Made by a program: the position numbers and the translations under genes. Positions 43,509-55,700 of a stretch of DNA of 64,000 nucleotides are shown here, piece by piece. The notes under the pieces are model-generated. The model saw only the letters and a list, made by a program, of their open reading frames with translations, made no database searches and was not told the DNA's origin. Each line of letters begins with the position of its first letter. Position 1 is the stretch's first letter. This DNA comes from Eledone cirrhosa (Eukaryota), in the NCBI GenBank assembly GCA_964016885.1, contig CAXHJY010000931.1:1-64000 (forward strand), written 5' to 3'.

Positions 43509-43980
43509 CAATTGTTTCTACTTTCGGCACAAGGCCAGCAATAACCCAGTACATTACTGGTACTTTATTTTATCGACCCCGTAAGGATGAAAGGCAAAGT
43601 TAACCTCGGCGGGATTTGAACTCAGACCGTAAAGGGACGTAACTATGCTGGAAAGCATGGCGTCCGACCCTCTACCGATACTGCCCATCCACCGCCTCCA
43701 ATTATCATAATTGTTTCTACTTTAGGCACAAGGCCAGCAATTTCCCAGTGCATTACTGGTACTTTATTTTATCGACCCCGTAAGGATGAAAGGCAAAGTT
43801 AACCTCGGCGGGATTTGAACTCAGATCGTAAAGGGACGTAACTATGCTGGAAAGCATGGCGTCCGACCCTCTACCGATACTGCCAATCCACCGCTTCCAA
43901 CTATAATAATTGTTTCTACGTTAGGCACAAGGCCAGCAAATACCCAGTGTATTACTGCTACTTTATTTTATCGACCCCGT
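43509..43980 (-). mobile_element. Three head-to-tail young Nin-domain tRNA-SINEs (third truncated)
   Basis: Near-identical ~190-bp units starting 43509, 43709, 43908. Confidence 0.92.
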
Positions 43981-45056
43981 ACTATAATAATGTCCGCCTG
44001 TTTGCCAAGTACGAACTACAGAATTGTTTAATCAGATATATTCAATTTCTTTGCATTTCCACATCATTTCTCTCAGCCCTCATCTTTGGGACTGTCCCAT
44101 TCTCCGCCATATTGTTCTCTCGAGAGTGTGGTTTTTTAGATAAAAATTTAACAAATTTTATCAAAGTCAAAAATAAAATAATACCGCCATGATTGGGATG
44201 TCGAGACTCCCTCCACCCCTTTCCCTTACTTTCGCTATTTTTAATTTGTCTCTTCTTTTCTTTTTTTATCGCAAACATTATATAATCCAATTGAAATTCG
44301 TTGTTATAATTATTTGTTGATGGCGGTTATATATTTGGTTAGTTATAATAGAGAAATCTTACAAACCAGTCATAAAGAATTGTGGTCAATCAACTTCCTT
44401 CAACTGACTCCATTAAACCAGCAGGCTTCTCTACGTAGACGTTGAGCAGCTATAATTAACAGCCAAATCTTGTTCAAATCACATCCTGTCAAATTTTAAA
44501 AAGGAAAGGTCATATTAGATTGTTCTAGATTCATTTAAAGATAATGGGTTATCACAGCTACAATGTCTTTCTTTAATCGTTGGATTGTTGGATCAGGATT
44601 AGCCTAGAACTAAACGACATATAAGCCAATCAAAAAGCCTCGACATGGTCGCTTGACTTGCTAGAAAAAGCAGTCAAATTTCTCTTAAATTCTACATTCC
44701 TACCATCTTAGAAAAGGGTATATATAATAATGTGCCTGGAAAAATAATATGGAAATTTATGATTGAAGCACACTTAATCAGAGGTTTACACAACAACAAC
44801 AATTATCCTCAGCATTTTAAAGAACCAACATCTTAAATCAAAGGGAAATTAGAAGAAATTTCTTCATACCATTTGTATATTTTCCTGATAAATTGAGTTG
44901 ATTGCTTTCCATAGAAATACTTCATCTTTCATATTTTCATTCGTTTTCTGTCTTCAAATGATCGTTTGTTGAGACATCTGTAAAATATATTAACAAAAAT
45001 TTAAAGAGAAGACAGTTGTTGCGTATTTTCATTGGTATTTTAAGAATATTATTAAG

Positions 45057-45232
45057 TTGGCAGTATCGTTAGAGAGTCGGACGCCATGCTTTCCAGCATA
45101 GTTACGTTTCTTTACGGTCTGAGTTCAAATCCCCCCGAGGTTTACTTTGCCTTTCATCCTTACGGGGTCGATAAAATAAAGTACCAGTAATGAACTGGGT
45201 AATTGCTGGCCTTGTGCCTAAAGTAGAAACAA
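45057..45232 (+). mobile_element. Nin-domain tRNA-SINE
   Basis: Reverse complement of the 43.5-kb copies. Confidence 0.9.
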
Positions 45233-45419
45233 TTATTAAACAGTTGCATGCCTGATCCCGTAACTCCTGATGGAGTCGTAGGAGCGCTATATTAACATAC
45301 GGTGTTTTTAGGGCATTTTAAAACCTGGCGGAGCCCATCTCCTCTCCAGGTCTGAATACAGCAGATTTCTTCGAAAGAAGGATAGAAAATGGGAGAGATG
45401 AAGTAAGATATGAGGAAAA

Positions 45420-45562
45420 ATTGAACCAGTATTTGACTGGTACTTTTTTTATCGACCTTGAATGGGTGAAATTCAGAGTTGACCTCGGTGAGGTTTGAAC
45501 TCAGAGAGCCGAAATGCAAACCATTTTATTCGACGTTCTAACGATACTGCCAATTCACTGCC
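45420..45562 (-). mobile_element. Diverged Nin-domain SINE
   Basis: CTGGTACTTTTTTTATCGACC..GACCTCGG..TTTGAACTCAG. Confidence 0.75.
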
Positions 45563-45569
45563 TAGACTA

Positions 45570-45640
45570 TAAAACTAAAAGATTAATCATAGAAGCTTTA
45601 TTAATAACGAAATATAAACCAAAACTCAACATTGTTATAT
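45570..45640 (+). mobile_element. Possible extreme C-terminus of a Penelope GIY-YIG domain
   Basis: KLKRLIIEALLITKYKPKLN resembles the E..I...P.LN end motif; very short. Confidence 0.45.
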
Positions 45641-46100
45641 ACGTAAAATTAGGATATTAAAAATTAAGAGTTAATTTTAAAAATGCTTTCATTTATAACA
45701 TGTTTGAAAGAAAAATACGCGCGCGTGTGTGTGTGTGTGTGTGTGTTTGTATGTAGTAGAACTTGTAACATATAATCCGAGGAAGACTGTAGATATGCAG
45801 CCGACAGGAAGCACTCATTTCTATCCAGCCAACACTTCGACAAAATTTGAAACTAAACTCTTTGAAACTAAACTCAAACTCTCCTATGAAAGAGAGGACA
45901 GAAAGAGAAACTAGGACTATAGAAAACATAAAAACGAAACCTAATGTTTTCTTTAAATTTCCGTAACAGACCGCCATGGTAGATTACGGGACCAGTGAGC
46001 CACTGTTTCATAAAGGTGGCTTACTGATTGCTGGCCCCAAGGGAAATACTGAACGAACAATATAAGTGTTTTCACACCTCCAATGTGATGGTGCGGAGAT

Positions 46101-46290
46101 GGAAAAGAGTCAGGACCCCGATGGCTGAGCTCCGGCTGTTTCGACAGCTAGATCCGAGCTAAGCCAGCTGTCGAACCGGCCGGAGTTCAGCCGTCGGGAT
46201 CCTGACTCTTTTCCTATTACCCACTCTATTACCCACTCTATTACCCTAAGTATCGAGTACTCTGATACGTTATGGTCCACCTGGTTTCTT
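46101..46290. mobile_element. Fold-back PLE pLTR-like remnant (49-bp arms, HHR 3' halves) plus tail
   Basis: 46101-46149 is an imperfect reverse complement of 46166-46214; tail ACCCACTCTA..AAGTATCGAGTACT..GTTATGGTCCACCTGGTTT is shared with 41073-41130. Confidence 0.7.
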
Positions 46291-46322
46291 ACCTAACTGT
46301 CTTTGCTATATATATATATATT

Positions 46323-47460
46323 TACTAAAAAGAGACTCAAGAATGAACAAAATCCTTCAAACACATCATAAAGAGCAAAAGACAACCTAAATCCATAAAA
46401 AAACATCCTCACACAAGCCCAAATCCAACAAACCCTCATAATGAACCCTACAGTAACAAAATGCGGAAGGCCCAACTGTGGCATATGCATAAATCTAATA
46501 GAAGGTTCAACATTCCATTTTAAACAAGGACAACATTTCACAGTTAAACACAACTTTACATGTGCATCTGAAAACCTAATCTATGTTTTAACCTGCTCAG
46601 GTTGTCAAGAGCACTACATAGGACAGACAAAAAACAGCCTCCGACAACGTATGACTGTCCATAAATCACAAATCAAAATACAGGAATAAAGAAAGATTGC
46701 GTTTAGTGAAATATATCGCCAATTGTGAACCCAACCAACATCCAAACTTTAAAATTTTCCCCATTTACAAATTCATAGACAACGCTACTATCATCCATCG
46801 TACCAATAAGGAAACGTATTTCATTAACAAATTCCAACCTCTACTTAATGCACTAAACTTCGGACTAAACTAAAACTGGAACAAACAATCAAACATTTAC
46901 AAATACCTATGTCTCTCTAAACAGTTACCTCCCTCACACCCTACCTAATCCTTTTTTTTAAATAAATTAAATATCTTCCAGCATGAATTACCTCCCCTGC
47001 ATATTAACTCTCTAAAAAGGGAAATCATATCAAACCCCAGTCCACCATTTGCCTCCATCATGGATCAACTCAGCACTCTTGCTATATTAACACATTTTGA
47101 TATGCTTATTTTTAAGAACTGTGCCTGTAAATAACATTATTTTTTCTTTCACATTGCCTTATTATGTTCCACATTACGTCCCTTTTTTTTCTTTTTTTCT
47201 TTTCACTTCATAAACCTTGTTTGTAAATAACATTATTCTTTCTGCACCATTTCTTTAACATGTCCAACACTACCATTTTACACCAATACATATTATTATC
47301 ATTTGATAATGCATAAAAATGCTGAAACCGGTAATAGACAATTATTAAACATTCAAATAGATAAATAAATGCCATTGTTAATTAATAAATAAATCAACTA
47401 ATACCTTAACACTTCACACAAAGTAAAATATTTCGTTTTAATCATTTTCTAACCCAGAAA
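46323..47460 (+). mobile_element. 5'-truncated Penelope-like element (Neptune-type Cys-rich linker and GIY-YIG endonuclease pseudogene 46323-46873, then 3' pLTR)
   Basis: KCGRPNCGIC..FTCASENLIYVLTCSGCQEHYIGQTKNSLRQRMTVHKSQI..RTNKETYFINKFQPLLN; stops and a frameshift. Confidence 0.9.
47299..47338 (+). ncRNA. Decayed hammerhead ribozyme of the PLE 3' pLTR
   Basis: TTGATAA (for CTGATGA)-T-GCAT(AAAA)ATGC-T-GAAAC-CG-GTA. Confidence 0.6.
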
Positions 47461-47701
47461 AAAAGAGAGAAAGAAATAAAAAGGGGAAAAAAATGTTTCT
47501 TCCTAATAATCGTCTTTTTCTCCCTGTTTTCATATATATATATTATTGAGTAAAATGAAGGTTGTCAGCCAAGCGGGCAACAACTGGCCCTCTTGATCGC
47601 CTTCGAGTCAAAAACATTTTTCTGTTGTTTTTTTTAATATCCTTATAGCCTCTTGGATTGTGTTTACCATTATTCCTTTATTATATAACCATTATGCAAT
47701 A

Positions 47702-47760
47702 AATACCTGATGATGTCACCAAGAGTTACGTAACCAAGCCACTGAAATGTACATAGTGTT
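47702..47760 (+). ncRNA. Type I hammerhead ribozyme within an inverted-repeat-bounded element (47541-47823)
   Basis: AATAC-CTGATGA-T-GT..AC-T-GAA-ATGTACAT-A-GTGTT; element ends TATTATTGAGTAAAATGA / TCATTTTACTCAATAATA. Confidence 0.72.
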
Positions 47761-48219
47761 CGTTGAAATATATCTTTGAAGGAATTTCACCAGTCCGACT
47801 TCCTGTCATTTTACTCAATAATAATTAACCCCGTTCTCGCACCACCAACAAGATTTAACATCAAAGATGGATGGGTGCGTTTCCTAATATTACATCATGG
47901 CTGGCTATACAGAATGACTAGTTCTATCCAGTGGTGAGACACCACGTATGTGTGTAGTGAAATTTGAATTGATTTATTTAGAATATATCTTGAGACAATG
48001 TAGAACATGAATTATAATTGAACAAGGTTTGTACTTACATTGGTTTGTCTTCGTTTTCTTTATCTTGAAATAGTTTTAAAACATATTTATTTTATTATTA
48101 TTATTAACAAGGACGGTATTAGCAACATTGTGTAAAGTTGATTATATTTATTGTGCTATTCAGTTACATCCCTTTGCCTTCGGTTTTCATTTTTAATCTG
48201 TCAGAATGGATAAAATAAG

Positions 48220-48468
48220 CAACCAATCAAACCGATTTCGAGTAATGTTATCGCTTGATACTTAAGCATGAGCAGTACAGATATGGATTTTTACTCCTGT
48301 TATGGACTTGCACATTCTGGCAGAGGCGTTTCAATAATGGAGGCCTCTCACAGTAGGTGTTACTGTCCTGTTTCGGTGCACTTGATGATTCAGTCCACCA
48401 ACTGAGGCTCACTCTTTTCCACACAAACAGAAATGACGAGCTACTCCGATGATTTCCAGGGCTAGCTC
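48220..48468 (-). mobile_element. Degenerate LINE 3' end (RTE-like zinc-finger tail)
   Basis: FCLCGKE*ASVGGLNH..RMCKSITGVKIHICTAHA*; related to 40215-40550. Confidence 0.55.
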
Positions 48469-48839
48469 TATATACACACACACACACGCATACGCACGCA
48501 CGCACGCACGCGCACACACGCACGCACGCACGCACACGCACGCGCACGCACGCACACGCACACACCAAACACGCACACGCACACGAGAGAGAGAGAGAGT
48601 GTGTGTGTGTGTTCTCGCTTCTTATTTATTTAAACAGATGCTTATTTACTCCAGTTTACTATGGTAGATAGTTTTCAGTTTCAAAGCATTTCATTTTATT
48701 TTTACAGCAAAACCCCTTTGATTCCAAATTCCCTAATTCCTGTATCCTGAAAATATAGAGGAGTGTTAACCTCAACACATTGTTGTCCTCGCCAGGGATA
48801 AGAATCATCTCCCCTACTTTAGTTGCTTTAAGTCGCACC

Positions 48840-50136
48840 TTGCTCTCCACTCTCATTGCTCTCCACTCTCCTTTCTCTCCACTCTCATTGCTCTCCACTC
48901 TCTCCCCTGTCCTTGCTCTTCACTCTCCTTCCTCTTCACTCTCCTTTCTCTTCACTCTCCTTGCTCTCCACTATTCACTCTCCTTGCTCTTCACTCTCCT
49001 TGCTCTTCACTCTCCTTGCTCTTCACTCTCCTTGCTCTTCACTCTCCTTGCTCTTCACTCTCCTTGCTCTTCACTCTCCTTGCTCTCCACTCTCCTTGCT
49101 CTCCACTCTCCTTGCTCTCCACTCTCATTGCTCTCCACTCTCATTGCTCTCCACTCTCATTGCTCTCCACTCTCATTGCTCTCCACTCTCCTTGTTCTCC
49201 ACTTTCCTTGCTATCCACTCTCCTTTCTCTACACTCTCCTTTCTCCTTGCTTTCCACTCTCCTTGCTCGCCACTCTCCTTGCTCTCCACTCTCCTTTCTC
49301 TCCACTCCCCTTGCTCTCCACTCTCCTTGCTCTCTACTCTCCTTTCTCTCCACTCTCTTTGCTCTCCACTCTCCTTTCTCTCCACTCTCCTTGCTCCACT
49401 CTTCACTCTCATTGATCTCCACTCATATTGCTCTCCCCTCTCCTTGCTCCACTCTTCACTCTCATTTCTCTCCACGCTCTCCCCTCTCCTTGCTCTCCCC
49501 TCTCCTTGCTCTCCACTCTCCTTGCTCTTCACTCTCTTTTCTCTCCACGCCCTCCCCCTCTCCTTTATCTCCACTCTCATTTCTCTCCACTCTCATTGCT
49601 CTCCACTCTCCTTGCTCTCCACTCTCATTGCTCTCCACTCTCATTGCTCTCCACTCTCATTGCTCTCCACTCTCCTTGCTCTCCACTCTCATTGCTCTCC
49701 CCTCTCCTTGCTCTCTACTCTCCACTCTTCACTTTCTTCACTGGCCACTCTACACTCTTCACTCTCTCCAATTTCCACTCTTCACTCTCCTTGCTCTCAT
49801 TACTCTCCACTCTCCTTGCTCTCCATTCTCATTACTCTCCACTCTCATTACTCTCCACTCTCTTTACTCTCCACTCTCATTTCTCTCCACTCTCCTTGCT
49901 CTCCACTCTCATTGCTCTCCACTCTCATTGCTCTCCCCTCTCCTTGCTCTCTACTCTCCACTCTTCACTTTCTTCACTCGCCACTCTCCACTCTTCACTC
50001 TCTCCAATTTCCACTCTTCACTCTCTTTGCTCTCATTACTCTCCACTCTCATTACTCTCCACTCTCCTTGCTCTCCACTCTCATTACTCTCCACTCTCAT
50101 TACTCTCCACTCTCTTTACTCTCCACTCTCATTGCT
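48840..50136. repeat. 16-bp pyrimidine-rich minisatellite TGCTCTCCACTCTC(C/A)T
   Basis: Direct reading; the L/S/H/P ORFs are artefacts. Confidence 0.95.
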
Positions 50137-50787
50137 CAGCCTGTTATAGTTGCTTTTATCAGTATGTTCAACATACTGATAAAAGCAACTATGACAGGCT
50201 GACCTGTTTCTGAAATTTCAATAGACTTTCGGCTGGGAAGTGATATGATAGCTGCCCAATGGGGTGGGAGCATATCCTTTGGACGTTAAAACTCGCTTAT
50301 TCTTGCTAAGATGATTCCAGTTCCTTTGAGGACTAACAACACACCCAGGAGCTGGACATATCGATGAATTAACAGGGTAGAACACATTACAACATCGTGT
50401 TTTCCTGTTTTTCCTGCCTTAATTCTTACTGCCTGATGTTTGACTTACACTTATTATTTTACAATACTCCGGAGTGAACAAACCAACCTGCGCACTTTGT
50501 TGAGTGCTCCAACCTACATACTAAGGTGTCGGTAAACAACCAACACATACTCAAAATTTATATATATATATATATATTTTTTTTTATCATAGAATTGTGT
50601 ATATATGTTTGTATTTGTGAGTGGATGATAATAATATTATAATATAACATTAATACTCCACGTGATAGATGACAACAAGCCGAATATTAATGTTATATTA
50701 TTAAATTATATTATTATTATTATTCACTCACGCATGCATTTAGGTATCCACGATGTTAAGAGCGAAAACAAATTTTGTTATATATAT

Positions 50788-50973
50788 CCCGGGTTTATCC
50801 CGGGTTCCATCGGGGGTAACCACAGAAAGTAAGGTACTCAATGCAAAGCAGAGTATAATTATTTAATATAGAAAAGCTTTTACAGGACTAGAACTGTTTC
50901 ATTCGTGAGAAATCATCAGGAAGCTGCTGATGATTTCTCACGAATGAAACAGTTCTAGTCCTGTAGAAGCTTT

Positions 50974-50982
<9 letters not shown>
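50788..50982. ncRNA. Head-to-head hammerhead pair (minus 50875-50925; plus 50922-50971) plus tail
   Basis: Near-perfect palindrome 50864-50982; consensus AGCTTC-CTGATGA-T-TTC(TCAC)GAA-T-GAAACAG(TTCTAGTC)CTG-TA-GAAGCT. Confidence 0.85.
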
Positions 50983-51004
<22 letters not shown>

Positions 51005-51042
51005 ATAAATACAAAGACCCAAATCCAGGAAGGACTCGATAA

Positions 51043-51350
51043 TGTTGTAGATTTATTGTAGATATATTGTAGAAATGGAGAGATATATTGTAGAATATTG
51101 AGATATAGAGATGTGTTGTAGATATAGATATATAGAGATGTGTTGTAGAGATATATAGAGATGTGTTGTAGATATAGATATATAGAGATGTGTTGTAGAG
51201 ATATATAGAGATGTGTTGTAGATATATAGAGATATGTTGTAGATATATAGAGATATGTTGTAGATATATAGAGATATGTTGTAGATATATAGAGATATGT
51301 TGTAGATATATAGAGATATGTTGTAGAGATAGAGAGATGTGTTGTAGAGT
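51043..51350. repeat. 21-bp minisatellite ATATAGAGATATGTTGTAGAT
   Basis: Direct reading (LQHISIY periodicity in the ORF track). Confidence 0.92.
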
Positions 51351-51429
51351 TCTGTTGCAATATTTGGTATTCCTTGTAAAATTTATAAATCTATTGCAAT
51401 TGTTTTTAGACAATCATACAAATATTATT

Positions 51430-52628
51430 TATTGTAGAATATATAGAAATGTTGGCAATATATGTAGTATATTGTACTACATATATAGAAGTGTTGGTAA
51501 TATATGTAGTTTATTGTGTTGGTAATATATGTAGTATATTGTGGAATATATAGAAGTGTTGGTAATATATGTAGTTTATTGTACTACATATATAGAAATG
51601 TTGGTAATATATGTAGTATATTGTGGAATATATAGAAATGTTGGTAATATATGTAGTATATTGTGGAATATATAGAAATGTTGGTAATATATGTAGTTTA
51701 TTGTACTAGATATATAGAAGTGTTGGTAATATATGTAGTTTATTGTGGAATATATAGAAGTGTTGGAAATATATGTAGTATATTGTGGAATATATAGAAG
51801 TGTTGGTAATATATGTAGTATATTGTGGAATATATAGAAGTGTTGGTAATATATGTAGTATATTGTAGTATATATAGAAGTGTTGGCAATATATGTAGTA
51901 TATTGTACTACATATATAGAAGTGTTGGCAATATATGTAGTTTAGTGTGTTGGTAATATATGTAGTATATTGTGGAATATATAGAAATGTTGGTAATATA
52001 TGTAGTATATTGTGGAATATATAGAAATGTTGGTAATATATGTAGTATATTGTAGTATATATAGTAGTGTTGGCAATATATTTAGTATATTGTACTATAT
52101 ATATATAGAAATGTTGGTAATATATGTAGTATATTGTGGAATATATAGAAATGTTGGTAATATATGTAGTATATTGTAGTATATATAGTAGTGTTGGCAA
52201 TATATGTAGTATATTGTACTATATATAGAGAAATGTTGGTAATATATGTAGTATATTGTGGAATATATAGAAGTGTTGGTAATATATGTAGTACATTGTG
52301 GAATATATAGAAGTGTTGGTAATATATGTAGTATATTGTGGAATATATAGAAATGTTGGTAATATATGTAGTATATTGTAGTATATATAGAAGTGTTGGC
52401 AATATATGTAGTATATTGTACTACATATATAGAAGTGTTGGTAATATATGTAGTTTATTGTGTTGGTAATATATGTAGTATATTGTGGAATATATAGAAG
52501 TGTTGGTAATATATGTAGTTTATTGTACTACATATATAGAAGTGTTGGTAATATATGTAGTATATTGTGGAATATATAGAAGTGTTGGTAATATATGTAG
52601 TATTTTGTGGAATATATAGAAATGTTGA
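51430..52628. repeat. 40-bp minisatellite TTGGTAATATATGTAGTATATTGTGGAATATATAGAAATG
   Basis: Units at 51601, 51641 and onward. Confidence 0.95.
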
Positions 52629-52793
52629 CTATTGTATAAAACCATTCCTCTAGGAATATTACCATTTTTAGAATATTGTTATTCGTGTAGAATATTCTAA
52701 AATTGCTGGCAATTCTGTTATATTTTGTTGAAATATTTTCATTTATCGATGAAGATCGAAGAAATTTTCCATTTTCTGTTAAATTATATAAAC

Positions 52794-55700
52794 ACGTTTG
52801 GTAGGTTGACAGTTGATGTAACAGTGTTGTAGAGTTGGTGATCTTTGGTAGGTTGACAGTGACAGTGTTGTAGAGTTGGTGACCTTTGGTAGGTTGACAG
52901 TAAATGTGTTGTAGAGTTGGTGACGTTTGGTAGGTTGACAGTGATAGTGTTGTAGAGTTGGTGACGTTTGGTAGGTTGACTGTGACAGTGTTGTAGAGTT
53001 GGTGACGTTTGGTAGGTTGACTGTGACAGTGTTGTAGAGTTGGTGACGTTTGGTAGGTTGACAGTGACAGTGTTGTAGAGTTGGTGACCTTTGGTAGGTT
53101 GACTGTGACAGTGTTGTAGAGTTGGTGACGTTTGGTAGGTTGACAGTGACAGTGTTGTAGAGTTGGTGACGTTTGGTATGTTGACTGTGACAGTGTTGTA
53201 GAGTTGGTGACCTTTGGTAGGTTGACAGTGACAGTGTTGTAGAGTTGGTGACGTTTGGTAGGTTGACAGTGACAGTGTTGTAGAGTTGGTGACGTTTGGT
53301 AGGTTGACAGTGACAGTGTTGTAGAGTTGGTGACGTTTGATAGGTTGACAGTGTTGTAGAGTTTGTAACGTTTGGTAGGTTGGCAGTGACAGTGTTGTAG
53401 AGTTGGTGACGTTTGGTAGGTTGACTGTGACAGTGTTGTAGAGTTGGTGACGTTTGGTAGGTTGACAGTGACAGTGTTGTAGAGTTGGTGACGTTTGGTA
53501 GGTTGACAGTGACAGTGTTGTAGAGTTGGTGACGTTTGGTAGGTTGACAGTGACAGTGTTGTAGAGTTGGTGACGTTTGGTAGGTTGACAGTGACAGTGT
53601 TGTAGAGTTGGTGACGTTTGGTAGGTTGACAGTGACAGTGTTGTAGAGTTTGTAACGTTTGATAGGTTGACTGTGACAGTGTTGTAGAGTTTGTAACGTT
53701 TGGTAGGTTGACAGTGACAGTGTTGTAGAGTTGGTGACGTTTGGTAGGGTGACAGTGTTGTAGAGTTGGTAACCTTTGGTAGGTTGACTGTGACAGTGTT
53801 GTAGAGTTTGTAACGTTTGGTAGGTTGACAGTGACAGTGTTGTAGAGTTGGTGACGTTTGGTAGGTTGACAGTGACAGTGTTGTAGAGTTGGTAACCTTT
53901 GGTAGGTTGACTGTGACAGTGTTGTAGAGTTGGTGACGTTTGGTAGGTTGACAGTGACAGTGTTGTAGAGTTGGTGACGTTTGGTAGGTTGACAGTGACA
54001 GTGTTGTAGAGTTGGTGACGTTTGGTAGGTTGACAGTGACATTGTTGTAGAGTTGGTGACGTTTGGTAGGTTGACAGTGACAGTGTTGTAGAGTTGGTAA
54101 CCTTTGGTAGGTTGACTGTGACAGTGTTGTAGAGTTGGTGACGTTTGGTAGGTTGACAGTGACAGTGTTGTAGAGTTGGTGACGTTTGGTAGGTTGACAG
54201 TGACAGTGTTGTAGAGTTGGTGACGTTTGGTAAGGTTGACAGTGACAGTGTTGTAGAGTTGGTGACGTTTGGTAGGTTGACAGTGACAGTGTTGTAGGGT
54301 TGGTAACCTTTGGTAGGTTGACACTGACAGTGTTGTAGAGTTGGTGACGTTTGGTAGGTTGACAGTGACAGTGTTGTAGAGTTGGTGACGTTTGGTAGGT
54401 TGACAGTGACAGTGTTGTAGAGTTGGTGACGTTTGGTAGGTTGACAGTGACAGTGTTGTAGAGTTGGTGACGTTTGCTAGGTTGACAGTGACAGTGTTGT
54501 AGAGTTGGTGACGTTTGGTAGGTTGACTGTGACACTATTGTAGAGTTGGTGACATTTGGTAGGTTGACTGTGACAGTGTTGTAGAGTTGGTGACGTTTGG
54601 TAGGTTGACTGTGACACTATTGTAGAGTTGGTGACGTTTGGTAGGTTGACAGTGACAGTGTTGTAGAGTTGGTGACGTTTGGTAGGTTGACTGTGACAGT
54701 GTTGTAGAGTTTGTGACCTTTGGTAGGTTGACTGTGACAGTGTTGTAGAGTTGGTAACATTTGGTAGGTTGACTGTGACAGTGTTGTAGAGTTGGTGACG
54801 TTTGGTAGGTTGACAGTGACAGTGTTGTAGAGTTGGTAACCTTTGGTAGGTTGACTGTGACAGTGTTGTAGAGTTTGTAACGTTTGGTAGGCTGACCGTA
54901 ACAGTGTTGTAGAGTTGGTGACCTGTGGTAGGTTGACTGTGACAGTGTTGTAGAGTTGGTCACGTTTGGGAGGTTGACAGTGACAGTGTTGTAGAGTTGG
55001 TGACCTTTGGTAGGTTGACTGTGACAGTGTTGTAGAGTTGGTGACGTTTGGTAGGTTGACTGTGACAGTGTTTTAGAGTTTGTCACGTTTGGGAGGTTGA
55101 CAGTGACAGTGTTGTAGAGTTGGTGACCTTTGGTAGGTTGACAGTGACAGTGTTGTAGAGTTGGTGACGTTTGGTAGGTTGACAGTGACAGTGTTTTAGA
55201 GTTGGTGACGTTTGGTAGGTTGACAGTGACAGTGTTGTAGAGTTGGTGACGTTTGGTAGGCTGACCGTAACAGTGTTGTAGAGTTGGTGACCTGTGGTAG
55301 GTTGGCTGTGACAGTGTTGTAGAGTTGGTGACCTTTGGTAGGTTGACAGTGACAGTGTTGTAGAGTTGGTGACGTTTGGTAGGTTGACAGTGACAGTGTT
55401 GTAGAGTTGGTGACGTTTGGTAGGTTGACATTGACAGTGTTGTAGAGTTGGTGACGTTTGGTAGGTTGACAGTGACAGTGCTGTAGAGTTGGTGACGTTT
55501 GGTAGGTTGACAGTGACAGTGTTGTAGAGTTGGTGACGTTTGGTAGGTTGACTGTGACAGTGTTGTAGAGTTGGTGACCTGTGGTAGGTTGGCTGTGACA
55601 GTGTTGTAGAGTTGGTGACCTTTGGTAGGTTGGCTGTGACAGTGTTGTAGAGTTGGTGACATTTGGTAGGTTGACAGTGACAGTGTTGTAGAGTTGGTGA

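Noticed and set aside
45262-45287. CTCCTGATGGAGTCGTAGGAG as a hammerhead
   Set aside because: No GAAA box or stem III
48780-50213. Leu/Ser-rich membrane-like ORFs
   Set aside because: 16-bp minisatellite open in all three frames
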